This document shows positions 1 to 10,045 of a DNA stretch of 32,000 nt, piece after piece. How positions within the stretch are numbered: the stretch's first letter is position 1; each line of letters opens with the position of its first letter. The DNA lies in contig NZ_JBHSTI010000008.1 of the NCBI RefSeq assembly GCF_042660085.1, forward strand, positions 2,325,604 to 2,357,603. The letters run 5' to 3'. Under the pieces are notes generated by a model. That model saw nothing but the letters and a program-made list of their open reading frames with translations. It was not told the origin of the DNA and searched no databases. Both the position numbers and the translations under genes were made by a program. Source of the DNA: Longivirga aurantiaca (lineage in GTDB: Bacteria > Actinomycetota > Actinomycetes > S36-B12 > CAIYMF01).

Positions 1-77
1 CACAGGGAACTCCAGGGGCGTCGGGGCGGTGCGAGCAGCCTAGGACAGCCCCGGTCGTCGGCCGGACAAGATACGGG

Positions 78-374
78 TCAGGCCAGCGACAGGAAGAGCT
101 TCTCGAGGCGCGCCCGGTCGAGAGCGGGCGTCTCGCCCTTGCTCTCGGCCTCGAGGCACATCTCGAGGCCGCAGGCGACGACGCTGAACGCCGCGCGGTC
201 GACGGCCTTGGAGGCTGCGGACAGCTGGGTGACGATGTCGGAGCAGTCGCGGTCGGCCTCGATCATGGCGATGACGCCGTCGAGCTGTCCGCGGGCCCGC
301 TTGAGGCGGGCGATGACGGCCTTGGCCGCCTCGGGGTGCATCGACGCGCTCGCTCCGGTGGGCGTAGGACTCAT
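78..374 (-). CDS. CsoR/CstR (DUF156) family metal- or persulfide-responsive repressor
   Basis: Protein MSPTPTGASASMHPEAAKAVIARLKRARGQLDGVIAMIEADRDCSDIVTQLSAASKAVDRAAFSVVACGLEMCLEAESKG... matches the family pattern LKRxxGQLxGxxxMIExDxxCxDxxxQxSA. Start trimmed from the longer ORF to the CAT at 372-374, just after the stop of the upstream gene (380). Confidence 0.9.
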   Translation of the reverse strand: MSPTPTGASASMHPEAAKAVIARLKRARGQLDGVIAMIEADRDCSDIVTQLSAASKAVDRAAFSVVACGLEMCLEAESKGETPALDRARLEKLFLSLA

Positions 375-379
375 GGCGG

Positions 380-2095
380 TCACGATGCCATCACCGGCGC
401 CTTCTGGCCCGGCATCCGCGCAGCGCCACGCTGGAGGACGAGGCCGGGCCGCTGCGCGCGGAGCGTCATCAGCCCTCCGTCCAGGCTCGCGGAGTCGAAG
501 CCGTTCTGGGCCAGAACGCGGTGCGCGAGGTACGACCGGAAGCCGCTGGCGCACAGGACGCGCACGGGTCGACCGGCCGCGGCCTGGCGCACGTCGTCGA
601 GGTGGTCGCGCAGCTCGGTGTGCGGCACGTTGTACGAGCCGGGCAGGTGCCCGCCCTCCACCTCGACCTCCGACCGGACGTCGAGGAGCAGGACGTCGTC
701 CCCGAAGCCGTCGAGGTCGTCCGGGCCCCAGGCCCGGAGCGTGCCGTCGAGGATGTTCTGGGCCATGAAGCCGGCCATGTTGACCGGGTCCTTCGCGCTG
801 CCGAACGGCGGCGCATAGGCGAGCTCGAGCTCGGCGAGGTCGTCGACGGTCATGCCCGCGCGCAGCGCGGTGGCGATGACGTCGATGCGCTTGTCGACGC
901 CGTCCTTGCCCACCGCCTGAGCGCCGAGCACGCGACCCTCCGGCGTGAACAGCAGCACGAGGTGCACCGGCTTGGCCCCGGGGTAGTAGCCGGCATGGCT
1001 TCCGGGGTGCAGGTGGACGACGTGGTGCTCGACACCGGCCGCCGTGAGCCGGCGCGACGTCGGACCGGTGACAGCCGCAGTGAGGCCGAAGACCTTCACG
1101 ACGGCGGTGCCGAGCACAGGCTGGGAGGTGCGCGCCCGACCGAGGATCGAGTCGGCGGCGGTGCGGCCCTGGCGGTTGGCCGGGCCGGCGAGCGGCACGA
1201 CGCCGGGCACGCCGGTGACGGCGTCGATCACCTGGATCGCGTCACCGACGGCCCAGATGCTCGGGTCGCTCGTGCGCTGGTCAGCGGTGACCACGACGGC
1301 GCCGCGGTCGGACAGCTCGAGGCCGGCGTCGCGGGCGAGGGCGGTCGACGGCTTCACGCCGACGCCGAGCAGCACGACGTCGGCCGCGAGCCGGGAGCCG
1401 TCGGCGAGGACGACGTCGACCGGGTGGTCGGTGGTCGAGTCCTCGACGGCTGCGAAGCCGGTGCCGACGCGGACGTCGACGTGGTGCAGGCGGAGCTCGG
1501 CCTCGACGAGCGCCGCCATCTCGGCATCGATCGCGGGCAGCACCTGCGGCGCCATCTCGACGAGGGTGACGTCGAGGCCGCGGCGGCGGAACGCCTCCAC
1601 GGTCTCGAGGCCGATGAAGCCCGCGCCGATGACGACAGCCTTCTGCGCGCCGGCCGCGAGCATCGCGCGCAGGACGTCGGCGTCCGGCACGGTGCGCAGC
1701 GTGCGCACCTGCGGGCGGTCGAGCCCGGGCAGCGGGGGGACGATCGGGTCGGCGCCTGTGGCGAGCACGAGCGCGTCGTACGGCAGCACGACGTCGACGT
1801 CGTGGACGAGATCGCGAGCAGTGACCGTCCTGCCCTCGCGGTCGATCGAGCGCACGTCGTGGTGCACGCGGACGTCGAGGTCGAGGGACGATTCGAGGCT
1901 GTCGGGGGTGTGCAGCAGCAGGGCGTCCCGGTGCGGGATCTCGCCGCCCACGTGGTACGGCAGGCCGCAGTTGGCGAAGGAGACCTCGCCTCCGCGCTCG
2001 AGCACGACGATCTGGGCGCTCTCGTCGAGCCGGCGCAGCCGTGCCGCCGCGCTCATCCCGCCGGCGACCCCGCCGACCACCACCACACGTCGCAT
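380..2095 (-). CDS. FAD-dependent CoA-disulfide reductase-like / NADH:persulfide oxidoreductase with C-terminal rhodanese domain
   Basis: N-terminal MRRVVVVGGVAGGMSAAARLRRL (FAD-binding), SFANCGLPYHVGG (redox Cys), second nucleotide-binding motif VVIGAGFIGLE, C-terminal rhodanese loop VLCASGFRS. Internal start chosen at 2095 because the fold starts there. Confidence 0.92.
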   Translation of the reverse strand: MRRVVVVGGVAGGMSAAARLRRLDESAQIVVLERGGEVSFANCGLPYHVGGEIPHRDALLLHTPDSLESSLDLDVRVHHDVRSIDREGRTVTARDLVHDVDVVLPYDALVLATGADPIVPPLPGLDRPQVRTLRTVPDADVLRAMLAAGAQKAVVIGAGFIGLETVEAFRRRGLDVTLVEMAPQVLPAIDAEMAALVEAELRLHHVDVRVGTGFAAVEDSTTDHPVDVVLADGSRLAADVVLLGVGVKPSTALARDAGLELSDRGAVVVTADQRTSDPSIWAVGDAIQVIDAVTGVPGVVPLAGPANRQGRTAADSILGRARTSQPVLGTAVVKVFGLTAAVTGPTSRRLTAAGVEHHVVHLHPGSHAGYYPGAKPVHLVLLFTPEGRVLGAQAVGKDGVDKRIDVIATALRAGMTVDDLAELELAYAPPFGSAKDPVNMAGFMAQNILDGTLRAWGPDDLDGFGDDVLLLDVRSEVEVEGGHLPGSYNVPHTELRDHLDDVRQAAAGRPVRVLCASGFRSYLAHRVLAQNGFDSASLDGGLMTLRAQRPGLVLQRGAARMPGQKAPVMAS

Positions 2096-2134
2096 CGCGC
2101 TGCTCCTCGGTCTCGCGGTCCGTACACGCGCCAC

Positions 2135-2156
2135 GTTATACCCCCTGGGGTATAAC
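2135..2156. promoter_or_regulatory. Probable CsoR/CstR-family operator in a divergent promoter
   Basis: Perfect 10-bp arms with a 2-nt centre, gttatacccc-ct-ggggtataac, between the start codons at 2095(-) and 2217(+). Outer arms contain TATAAC reading outward on both strands, which could be -10 elements. Confidence 0.8.
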
Positions 2157-2216
2157 GGGCAGTCGCCCGGCCCTGGTGAGACACCGCTCACACCCGGAGC
2201 GTGGCAGGCTCGCACC

Positions 2217-3440
2217 GTGCGACGCACCTGGCTCACCCGCAACCTCGTGGTGCTGACCCTGGTGTCGCTCACCCAGGACGCCGCGAGCGAGCTGCTCTAC
2301 CCGCTGCTCCCCCTGCTCGTCACCGGCGTGCTCGCTGCTCCGCCCGTCGTCCTCGGCATCGTCGAGGGTGCGGCCGAGGCCGCCGCCGGCATCTCGAAGT
2401 ACGTCGCGGGGCGGTGGTCGGACGGCCGTCGGCGGCGCCCCTTCGTGACCACGGGCTACGCGCTCGCGGCGGCCGGCAAGATCCTGGTGGCCGCCGCGGC
2501 GGTCTGGCCGATGGTGCTCGTCGGGCGCGTGGTCGACCGGCTCGGCAAGGGCGTGCGATCGGCCCCGCGCGACGCGCTCATCGCGGCGTCGGTGCCGCGC
2601 GAGCACCTCGGCCGCGCGTTCGGCTTCCACCGCACCGGCGACACCCTGGGCGCGGTGATCGGTCCGCTCATCGCGCTCGCCGGCCTCACCCTGCTCGACG
2701 GCGACGTGCGCGCAGTGCTGTGGTGGGCCGTCGTGCCGGCCGTGCTCTCGGTGCTGCTCACCTTCCTGGTCCGCGAGAAGCGGCGTACGCCGGCACCCGA
2801 GGCCGAGGTCGAGGTCGAGGCCCAGGTCTCGGCGCCGAGCGAGCCGTCGCCGATCCCGCGCAGCCCGCTCCCCCGCAGCTTCTGGCGGGTGGTCGGGGTG
2901 CTCGTGGCGATCGCGGTGGTCAACTTCCCCGACGCCCTGCTGCTGCTGCGGATCTCCGACCTGGGCTACTCGACCACCGAGGTCGTGCTGGCCTATGTCG
3001 TCTTCAACGTCGTCTACACGCTCGGGTCGTACCCCGCGGGCGCGCTGTCGGACCGGCTTCCGCGACCGGTGGTGTACGGCGTCGGGCTGCTGGCCTTCGG
3101 CGTCGCCTACGGCGGCCTCGCCCTCGTCGAGCGCGGCCCGTGGGTGTGGGTGCTCATCTGCGTGTACGGACTCTTCCCCGCGCTGACCGACGGCGTGGGC
3201 AAGGCGTGGATCTCCACCCTCGTGGGCGACGAGCACCGCGGCCGCGCGCAGGGCGTGTTCCAGTCGCTGTCGAACGCGGCGGTGTTCCTCGCCGGCCTCT
3301 GGGCGGGGCTGCTCTGGGCGGTCGGGCCGGGCGACGGCGTGCTGCCGCTGCTCGTGTCGGGTGCGGTCGGCCTCGCGGCCGGCGCGGTGCTCGTGATCGG
3401 CCGCCATCGCGTCACCGGCGTACCGCAGCCGCTCGCCTAG
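2217..3440 (+). CDS. MFS transporter, divergent from the oxidoreductase/rhodanese gene
   Basis: VRRTWLTRNLVVLTLVSLTQDAASELLYPLLPLLVTGV..., GRWSDGRRRRPFVTTGYALAAAGK and a second half with GALSDRLPRPVVYGVG. Multiple hydrophobic helices. GTG start at 2217 inside ORF 1044..3440. Confidence 0.85.
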   Translation: MRRTWLTRNLVVLTLVSLTQDAASELLYPLLPLLVTGVLAAPPVVLGIVEGAAEAAAGISKYVAGRWSDGRRRRPFVTTGYALAAAGKILVAAAAVWPMVLVGRVVDRLGKGVRSAPRDALIAASVPREHLGRAFGFHRTGDTLGAVIGPLIALAGLTLLDGDVRAVLWWAVVPAVLSVLLTFLVREKRRTPAPEAEVEVEAQVSAPSEPSPIPRSPLPRSFWRVVGVLVAIAVVNFPDALLLLRISDLGYSTTEVVLAYVVFNVVYTLGSYPAGALSDRLPRPVVYGVGLLAFGVAYGGLALVERGPWVWVLICVYGLFPALTDGVGKAWISTLVGDEHRGRAQGVFQSLSNAAVFLAGLWAGLLWAVGPGDGVLPLLVSGAVGLAAGAVLVIGRHRVTGVPQPLA

Positions 3441-3452
3441 GCTGGCCCCCAC

Positions 3453-3537
3453 GCGGACGTGGTGGAATTGGCAGACACGCAGGATTTAGGTTCCTGTGCT
3501 CTCGAGCATGCGGGTTCGACCCCCGCCGTCCGCACCA
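3453..3537 (+). tRNA. tRNA-Leu, anticodon TAG, CCA encoded
   Basis: GCGGACG...CGTCCGC acceptor pairing, anticodon arm CAGGA-TTTAGGT-TCCTG with anticodon at 3487-3489, T-arm GCGGGTTCGACCCCCGC, long class II variable region, terminal ACCA at 3534-3537. Confidence 0.96.
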
Positions 3538-3555
3538 GCGCCCCTTCGCTGAGCC

Positions 3556-3600
3556 TGATCGTTCCGTCGTTCCCCGGGCCGGGGAACGACGGAACGATCA
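3556..3600. terminator. Strong hairpin, probable bidirectional terminator between tRNA-Leu and convergent rdgB
   Basis: TGATCGTTCCGTCGTTCCCC (3556-3575), loop GGGCC, GGGGAACGACGGAACGATCA (3581-3600). Perfect 20-bp arms. The right arm includes the rdgB stop codon. Confidence 0.75.
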
Positions 3601-4233
3601 GTGCGAGCTGGGGGGCAGCAGGTCGCGCAGGACGGGGACGAGGGCGCGCAACGCGTTGCCGCGGTGGCTGATCGCGTCCTTCTCCTCGTTGCTCAGCTCG
3701 GCGCTCGTCCGCGTCTCGCCGTCCGGCACGAAGATCGGGTCGTAGCCGAAGCCGTTGCTGCCGCGGGGCTCGCGCACGAGGTGCCCGCGCATCTCGCCGT
3801 CGACCGTGGCCTCGCGCCCGTCGGGCAGCACGAGGGCGACGGCGCAGCGGAACTGCGCGCCGAGCCGGTCGTCAGGGGTGTCGCCGAGCTGGGCGAGCAC
3901 GAGCTCGAGGTTGCCGACGTCGGTGCTGCGCCCGGGCACGAGGCCGCCGCTCCAGCGGGCCGACAGGATCCCGGGCAGGCCGTTCAGGGCGTCGACGCAG
4001 AGGCCGCTGTCGTCGGCGACGGCAGGTGCGCCGGTGGCCTCGCACACCGCGCGCGCCTTGAGCAGCGCGTTGCCCTCGAAGGTCGACTCGGTCTCGGGCA
4101 CCTCGGGCACCGAGCCGTCCGGGAACGCGTCGATGCCGACGACCTCCACGTGCAGGCCTGCCTCGTCGAGGATCCGGGCCATCTCCTCGATCTTGTGCGC
4201 GTTGCGGGACGCGAGCACCACGCGCGAGGTCAT
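3598..4233 (-). CDS. rdgB: RdgB/HAM1 non-canonical purine NTP pyrophosphatase
   Basis: [82 protein letters not shown]. Start at 4233 overlaps the rph stop (ATGA). Confidence 0.96.
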   Translation of the reverse strand: MTSRVVLASRNAHKIEEMARILDEAGLHVEVVGIDAFPDGSVPEVPETESTFEGNALLKARAVCEATGAPAVADDSGLCVDALNGLPGILSARWSGGLVPGRSTDVGNLELVLAQLGDTPDDRLGAQFRCAVALVLPDGREATVDGEMRGHLVREPRGSNGFGYDPIFVPDGETRTSAELSNEEKDAISHRGNALRALVPVLRDLLPPSSH

Positions 4234-4955
4234 GACGCGAGCGCGGCCTTCTGCAGCTCGGTGAGGTCGGCGCAGCCCTGCGCTGCGAGCGCGAGCAGCT
4301 GGTCGAGCAGCGCGCGGTCGAACGGCTCGCCCTCCGCGGTCCCCTGCACCTCGACGTACCGTCCGTCGCCGGTCATCACCACGTTCATGTCGGTGTCCGC
4401 GGCGACGTCGTCGTCGTAGTGCAGGTCGAGGCGGGCCTCGCCGTCGACGATGCCCACCGACACCGCCGCGATCGAGTTGACGATGGGCTTCGCGGTGGCC
4501 TTCACGTGCCCCTGGCCGCGCGCCCACTCGATCGCGTCGACCAGGGCGACGTACGCGCCGGTGATGGCCGCGGTACGCGTGCCGCCGTCGGCCTGCAGCA
4601 CGTCGCAGTCGATCATGATCGAGTTCTCGCCGAGCGCCGACAGGTCGATCGCCGCGCGCAGCGACCGGCCGACGAGGCGCGAGATCTCGTGCGTGCGCCC
4701 GCCGACCTTGCCCCGCACCGACTCTCGGTCGTTACGCGTGTTGGTCGCGCGCGGGAGCATGGAGTACTCCCCCGTGATCCAGCCGAGGCCGGAGTCCTTG
4801 CGCCACCGCGGCACGCCCGCGGTGAAGGACGCGGCCACGAGCACACGGGTGCGCCCGAACGACACGAGGCACGAGCCCTCGGCGTGGTCGAGCCACCCGC
4901 GCTCGAACGAGACGGGACGGAGCTGGTCGGCGGCGCGGCCGTCGGAACGGGTCAT
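4230..4955 (-). CDS. rph: Ribonuclease PH
   Basis: [99 protein letters not shown]. Confidence 0.97.
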   Translation of the reverse strand: MTRSDGRAADQLRPVSFERGWLDHAEGSCLVSFGRTRVLVAASFTAGVPRWRKDSGLGWITGEYSMLPRATNTRNDRESVRGKVGGRTHEISRLVGRSLRAAIDLSALGENSIMIDCDVLQADGGTRTAAITGAYVALVDAIEWARGQGHVKATAKPIVNSIAAVSVGIVDGEARLDLHYDDDVAADTDMNVVMTGDGRYVEVQGTAEGEPFDRALLDQLLALAAQGCADLTELQKAALAS

Positions 4956-5036
4956 GGCGCGACCCTAACGCCCAGCCCCGATCCGCCCTGGATGCCCCAG
5001 AGGCACCTCGAGGGGACTGTCCGGCATCCAGATCGG

Positions 5037-5783
5037 TCAGAGGTCGACGACGAGGCCCTGGGTGGCGAGGGCGAGGTCGCCCTCGAACACCGGCGCCGCC
5101 TCGGCGAGCGTCTCGTCGCTCGGCGTCCACGGCACGAGGTGCGTCAGCACGAGCCGGCCGACACCCGCACGGTTGGCGTGCTCGGCGGCCTGGGTGGCGG
5201 TCATGTGCAGGTTGGGCGGCAGGTTCTCGTACCGGCTGAGGAACGACGCCTCGTACAGAGCCAGGTCGGCGCCGCGCGACAGCTCGACGAGGGCGTCGCT
5301 CTCGCCGGTGTCGCCGCTGAAGACCAGCGAGCGGCCACCGGCCTCGACCCGCGAGGCGTAGCAGGGCACGGGGTGGTTCATGAGCGCCGTCGTGATGCGG
5401 AACGGCCCGATCTCGGTGACCTCGACGTGGTCGCGGAACTCGAACTCGCCGTGCATGCCCTCCTCCGGCGGGAGGTCGTACGCACGGGCGAGCCGGTCGG
5501 CGGAGCCCGTGGGCCCGATCACCGGGATCACCGGCGCGTGGCCGTCCGGGTGGTACCTGCGGAAGACGTAGTACGACGTGAGGTCGATGCAGTGGTCGGC
5601 GTGCAGGTGCGACAGCACGACCGCGTCGACGTCGTAGACGTCCGTGTGCTTCTGCAGCGCGCCGAACGCGCCGTTGCCGAGGTCGAGCACGATCGAGTGC
5701 CCGTCGTGCTCGACGAGGTAGCAGGAGGCCGGGGAGTCCGGCCCGGGGTACGACCCCGAGCATCCGACGATCGTCAGGCGCAT
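5037..5783 (-). CDS. MBL-fold metallo-hydrolase (RNase Z-like family)
   Basis: [25 protein letters not shown], metal motif SHLHADHCID, VFSGDTGES, LTHLVPW. Start at 5783 overlaps the murI stop. Confidence 0.92.
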   Translation of the reverse strand: MRLTIVGCSGSYPGPDSPASCYLVEHDGHSIVLDLGNGAFGALQKHTDVYDVDAVVLSHLHADHCIDLTSYYVFRRYHPDGHAPVIPVIGPTGSADRLARAYDLPPEEGMHGEFEFRDHVEVTEIGPFRITTALMNHPVPCYASRVEAGGRSLVFSGDTGESDALVELSRGADLALYEASFLSRYENLPPNLHMTATQAAEHANRAGVGRLVLTHLVPWTPSDETLAEAAPVFEGDLALATQGLVVDL

Positions 5784-6589
5784 CAGGACACGACCTCCAC
5801 AGCGTGCTCGACGGCGACGACCTCGGGACCGAGGAATCGCTTGGCCAGTGCGGTGAACGGGGCGGGGTCGCCCGTGGCGAGGAACCGGTGCACGGGCGCC
5901 GGCAGGGCGGGGTCGCGCTCGAGCCCGTGCGCCACGAGCGTGCGGTAGACGTCCTTCGCGGTCTCGTCCGCGCTGCTGACGAGCGTGACATCGTCGCCGA
6001 CGACGTACGAGATGACGCCGGCCAGCAGCGGGTAGTGCGTGCACCCGAGGACGAGGGTGTCGACGCCGGCCTCGACGACCGGGTCGAGGTACTCGTGCGC
6101 GACGGACTGCAGCTCGGCCCCACCCGTGACGCCGGCCTCGACGAACTCGACGAAGCGCGGGCAGGCCTGCTGCACCAGCGTGATGTCGGGCGCTGCGGCG
6201 AAGGCGTCGGCGTACGCACCGCTCGTGACGGTGGCCCGGGTGCCGATGACGCCGACGCGGCCCGTGCGGGTGACGCGCACGGCACGGCGTACGGCGGGCT
6301 GGATGACCTCGACGACGGGGACGGCGTACCGCTCGCGGGCGTCGCGCAGCACCGCAGCGCTGGCGGAGTTGCACGCGATGACGAGCATCTTCACGCCCTG
6401 GTCGACCAGGTGGTCCATGACGTCGAGGGCGAAGGAGCGCACCTCGGGGATGGGCCGCGGGCCGTAGGGGCCGCGGGCCGTGTCGCCGATGTAGAGGACC
6501 GGCTCGTGCGGCAGCTGGTCGAGGACGGCGCGCGCGACGGTGAGCCCTCCGACCCCGGAGTCGAAGATGCCGATGGGCGCGTCCGTCAC
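5783..6589 (-). CDS. murI: Glutamate racemase
   Basis: [55 protein letters not shown] start at 6589 chosen; the longer start at 6667 is less likely. Confidence 0.95.
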   Translation of the reverse strand: MTDAPIGIFDSGVGGLTVARAVLDQLPHEPVLYIGDTARGPYGPRPIPEVRSFALDVMDHLVDQGVKMLVIACNSASAAVLRDARERYAVPVVEVIQPAVRRAVRVTRTGRVGVIGTRATVTSGAYADAFAAAPDITLVQQACPRFVEFVEAGVTGGAELQSVAHEYLDPVVEAGVDTLVLGCTHYPLLAGVISYVVGDDVTLVSSADETAKDVYRTLVAHGLERDPALPAPVHRFLATGDPAPFTALAKRFLGPEVVAVEHAVEVVS

Positions 6590-6720
6590 GAGAGCCGAGA
6601 CTAGGCCCCCGACACGCCTTCTGCGGCCGGTCCCAGCGTCCTCTGTGTCGCACTGCACGTCTGCCATCCTCGGACTGCCGGGAGGCCTCCCGGCGCAGGC
6701 GTGCCCCGAGGAGCCAGACC

Positions 6721-7134
6721 ATGTCCAGCGATGTCCAGACCAAGCGCCCCGGCGGCGTCACCTTCGTCATCGTGCTCATCTGGGTCGCGGCCCTGTTCAA
6801 CGCCCTCATCGGCGTCTGGATGATGCTGGCGCCGTTCGGCCAGAACCCGACGATCACCGACATCCAGGGCAACACTGTCGAGCTGCCCGGCTTCTGGCTC
6901 TTCATGAACGGCGCGCTCTCGCTGCTGCTGGCGTTCATGTACGTCTGGCTCGCGCGGATGGCCTCGATCGGCGCGGCCTCGGCCCAGGTGATCATCCAGG
7001 CGCTCGCCGTCATCAACATCATCTTCGGCCTGTTCCGCCTGCCCTACGGCTGGCTCGGCCTCGTGCTCAACATCCTGATCCTGGTCATCGCGAGCGGCGC
7101 CTCGGCCAAGGCCTGGTTCAGCCGCCCGATCTGA
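6721..7134 (+). CDS. Small multi-pass membrane protein of unknown function
   Basis: 137 aa, about four hydrophobic segments ([77 protein letters not shown]). Confidence 0.75.
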   Translation: MSSDVQTKRPGGVTFVIVLIWVAALFNALIGVWMMLAPFGQNPTITDIQGNTVELPGFWLFMNGALSLLLAFMYVWLARMASIGAASAQVIIQALAVINIIFGLFRLPYGWLGLVLNILILVIASGASAKAWFSRPI

Positions 7135-7165
7135 TCGACGCCCCGCAAGGAACCCGACCCGTGCG

Positions 7166-8393
<1,228 letters not shown>

Positions 8394-8554
8394 GGCGGGC
8401 TTTCTCCACTCGTCGTGCGTGCTGGGGTGCTGCCGGAGGGCAGCCGACCGCGTCCCCGCGGCCCGTGATCAACAAGGGTGAGCCTAGGGCCACCTATTCC
8501 CGTCGACGACTGGAAGCAGGGCCTCGTACGGCGTCGCCGCAGGTCAGAGGCCGC

Positions 8555-8971
8555 TCAGACGACGGTGACCGGTTCCTCGGTGACGACGCCGTCCACGATG
8601 CGGTACGACCGCAGCTCGTACGGCCCGTCCTCGCTGCCGGTCTCCCGCGTCGAGACCAGCACGTAGTGGGCCTCCGGCTCGGACGCGTAGCTGATGTCGG
8701 TGCGCGACGGGTAGGCCTCGGTCGCGGTGTGCGAGTGGTAGACGACCACCGGCACCTCGTCGTTGTCGTCCATGTCGCGGTAGAGCCGCAGCAGGTCGAG
8801 CGAGTCGAACTCGTAGAAGGTCGGAGACCGCGCGGCGTTGACCATCGGGATGAACCGCTCGGGGCGGTCGCTGCCGGCCGGGCCGGCGATCACCCCGCAC
8901 GCCTCGTCGGGGTGGTCCTGGCGCGCGTGGGCCACCATCGAGTCGACCAGGTCCTGTCGGATCGTGAGCAC
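8555..8971 (-). CDS. mec: JAMM/MPN-family metallopeptidase (Mec-like)
   Basis: VLTIRQDLVDSMVAHARQDHPDEACGVIAG...VVVYHSHTATEAYPSRTDISYA, a JAMM signature H-x-H-x7-S-x2-D preceded by EACG. Located next to cysO/cysM. Confidence 0.88.
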   Translation of the reverse strand: MLTIRQDLVDSMVAHARQDHPDEACGVIAGPAGSDRPERFIPMVNAARSPTFYEFDSLDLLRLYRDMDDNDEVPVVVYHSHTATEAYPSRTDISYASEPEAHYVLVSTRETGSEDGPYELRSYRIVDGVVTEEPVTVV

Positions 8972-9164
8972 GCGCCCAGAGTACGAGGCCTGCGTGCGGG
9001 GCCCGAGGTCGCGTGACGTGCGTCGCATAAACCGCGCCATAGGTTGTTCAACTTGCGCGGTGTGCGTCCCGGGACCACCCTGGGCGAGGCCGCGACCCAG
9101 TGCGCGGCTCCGCCGTTCCGGGAGACGACGGCATTCCTCGGCTCATGCCTGTGGAGGCTTGTCC

Positions 9165-9992
9165 ATGTCGTCCGCCGTAGAGACGCTCTCGAACGGACAG
9201 TTCCAGACCGTCTACAACGTCTTCTCCTTCGCCCTCGCGTCGATGCTCTTCACCGCGCTGTTCCTGCTGGTGTCCCAGGGCCGCGTGCTCCCCCGCTACC
9301 GCCAGGCGCTCGTGGTCTCCGCGACCGTCTGCGGCATCGCGGCCTACCACTACTTCCGCATCATCAACTCGTTCAACGAGGGCTTCGCCCCGACGGCGAT
9401 CGGCGGCGACTACACGCTGACGCCGTTCGGCTTCAACGAGGCCTACCGCTACGTCGACTGGCTCCTCACGGTGCCGCTCCTGCTGCTCGAGACCATCGCG
9501 GTCCTTGCGCTCCCCCGCGCCACCCGCGCGTCCCTGCTCACCAAGCTGATCCCGGCGTCGGTCCTGATGATCGCGCTCGGATACCCGGGCGAGGTCGCCA
9601 TCGACACCCTGCCCAAGATGCTGTGGGGCGCGGCCTCGACGATCCCGTTCCTCTACATCCTCTACGTGCTGTTCGTCGAGCTCACCAAGTCGCTCGGCCG
9701 TCAGCCCGCCGAGGTGGCTGCCAGCGTGAAGCGCCTGCGCATCCTGCTGATCGCCACCTGGGGCGTCTACCCGATCTCCTACCTGTTCCCGGTCTTCGGG
9801 CTCGACGGCGCGGACGCGTTCGTCCTGCGCCAGGTCGGCTACTCGGTGGCCGACGTCCTGGCCAAGTGCCTCTACGGCCTCGTGATCTACAAGATCGCGC
9901 GCATGAAGAGCGCAGCCGACGACCCGGTCTTCGCCGAGCAGGAGTTCGAGGAGGCGCCGTCGTCCGAGGCTCGGGCCACGGCTGCTGCCTGA
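9165..9992 (+). CDS. Microbial rhodopsin, xanthorhodopsin-like light-driven proton pump
   Basis: 275 aa heptahelical protein. Helix C EAYRYVDWLLTVPLLLLE (D98/T102/E109, matching proteorhodopsin D97/T101/E108). Helix G GYSVADVLAKCLYGLVIY (D230/K234 retinal lysine). H62 in AAYHYFRI. LWGAASTIPFLYILYVLF with G155. GGAGG ribosome-binding site near 9153. Confidence 0.95.
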   Translation: MSSAVETLSNGQFQTVYNVFSFALASMLFTALFLLVSQGRVLPRYRQALVVSATVCGIAAYHYFRIINSFNEGFAPTAIGGDYTLTPFGFNEAYRYVDWLLTVPLLLLETIAVLALPRATRASLLTKLIPASVLMIALGYPGEVAIDTLPKMLWGAASTIPFLYILYVLFVELTKSLGRQPAEVAASVKRLRILLIATWGVYPISYLFPVFGLDGADAFVLRQVGYSVADVLAKCLYGLVIYKIARMKSAADDPVFAEQEFEEAPSSEARATAAA

Positions 9993-10045
9993 CCGGCACG
10001 ACGCACCACTCTCCGCACCTGCGTCTCCCGGCACGGGTGCGGTCA

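Noticed and set aside
1044-2216. Upstream half of ORF 1044..3440 (+) as an N-terminal extension of the MFS transporter
   Set aside because: It is antisense to the well-supported oxidoreductase/rhodanese gene and reads as low-complexity Arg/Ser/Thr sequence. The MFS fold begins at the GTG at 2217.
4988-5031. CTGGATGCC / GGCATCCAG inverted repeat between rph and the MBL-fold gene
   Set aside because: 9-bp arms with a 26-nt spacer, weak as a terminator or operator and possibly chance in this base composition.
9060-9080. GTTG-TT-CAAC dyad upstream of the rhodopsin gene as a light-responsive (LitR-like) operator
   Set aside because: Only 4-bp arms, and I cannot match it to a well-established motif from the sequence alone.
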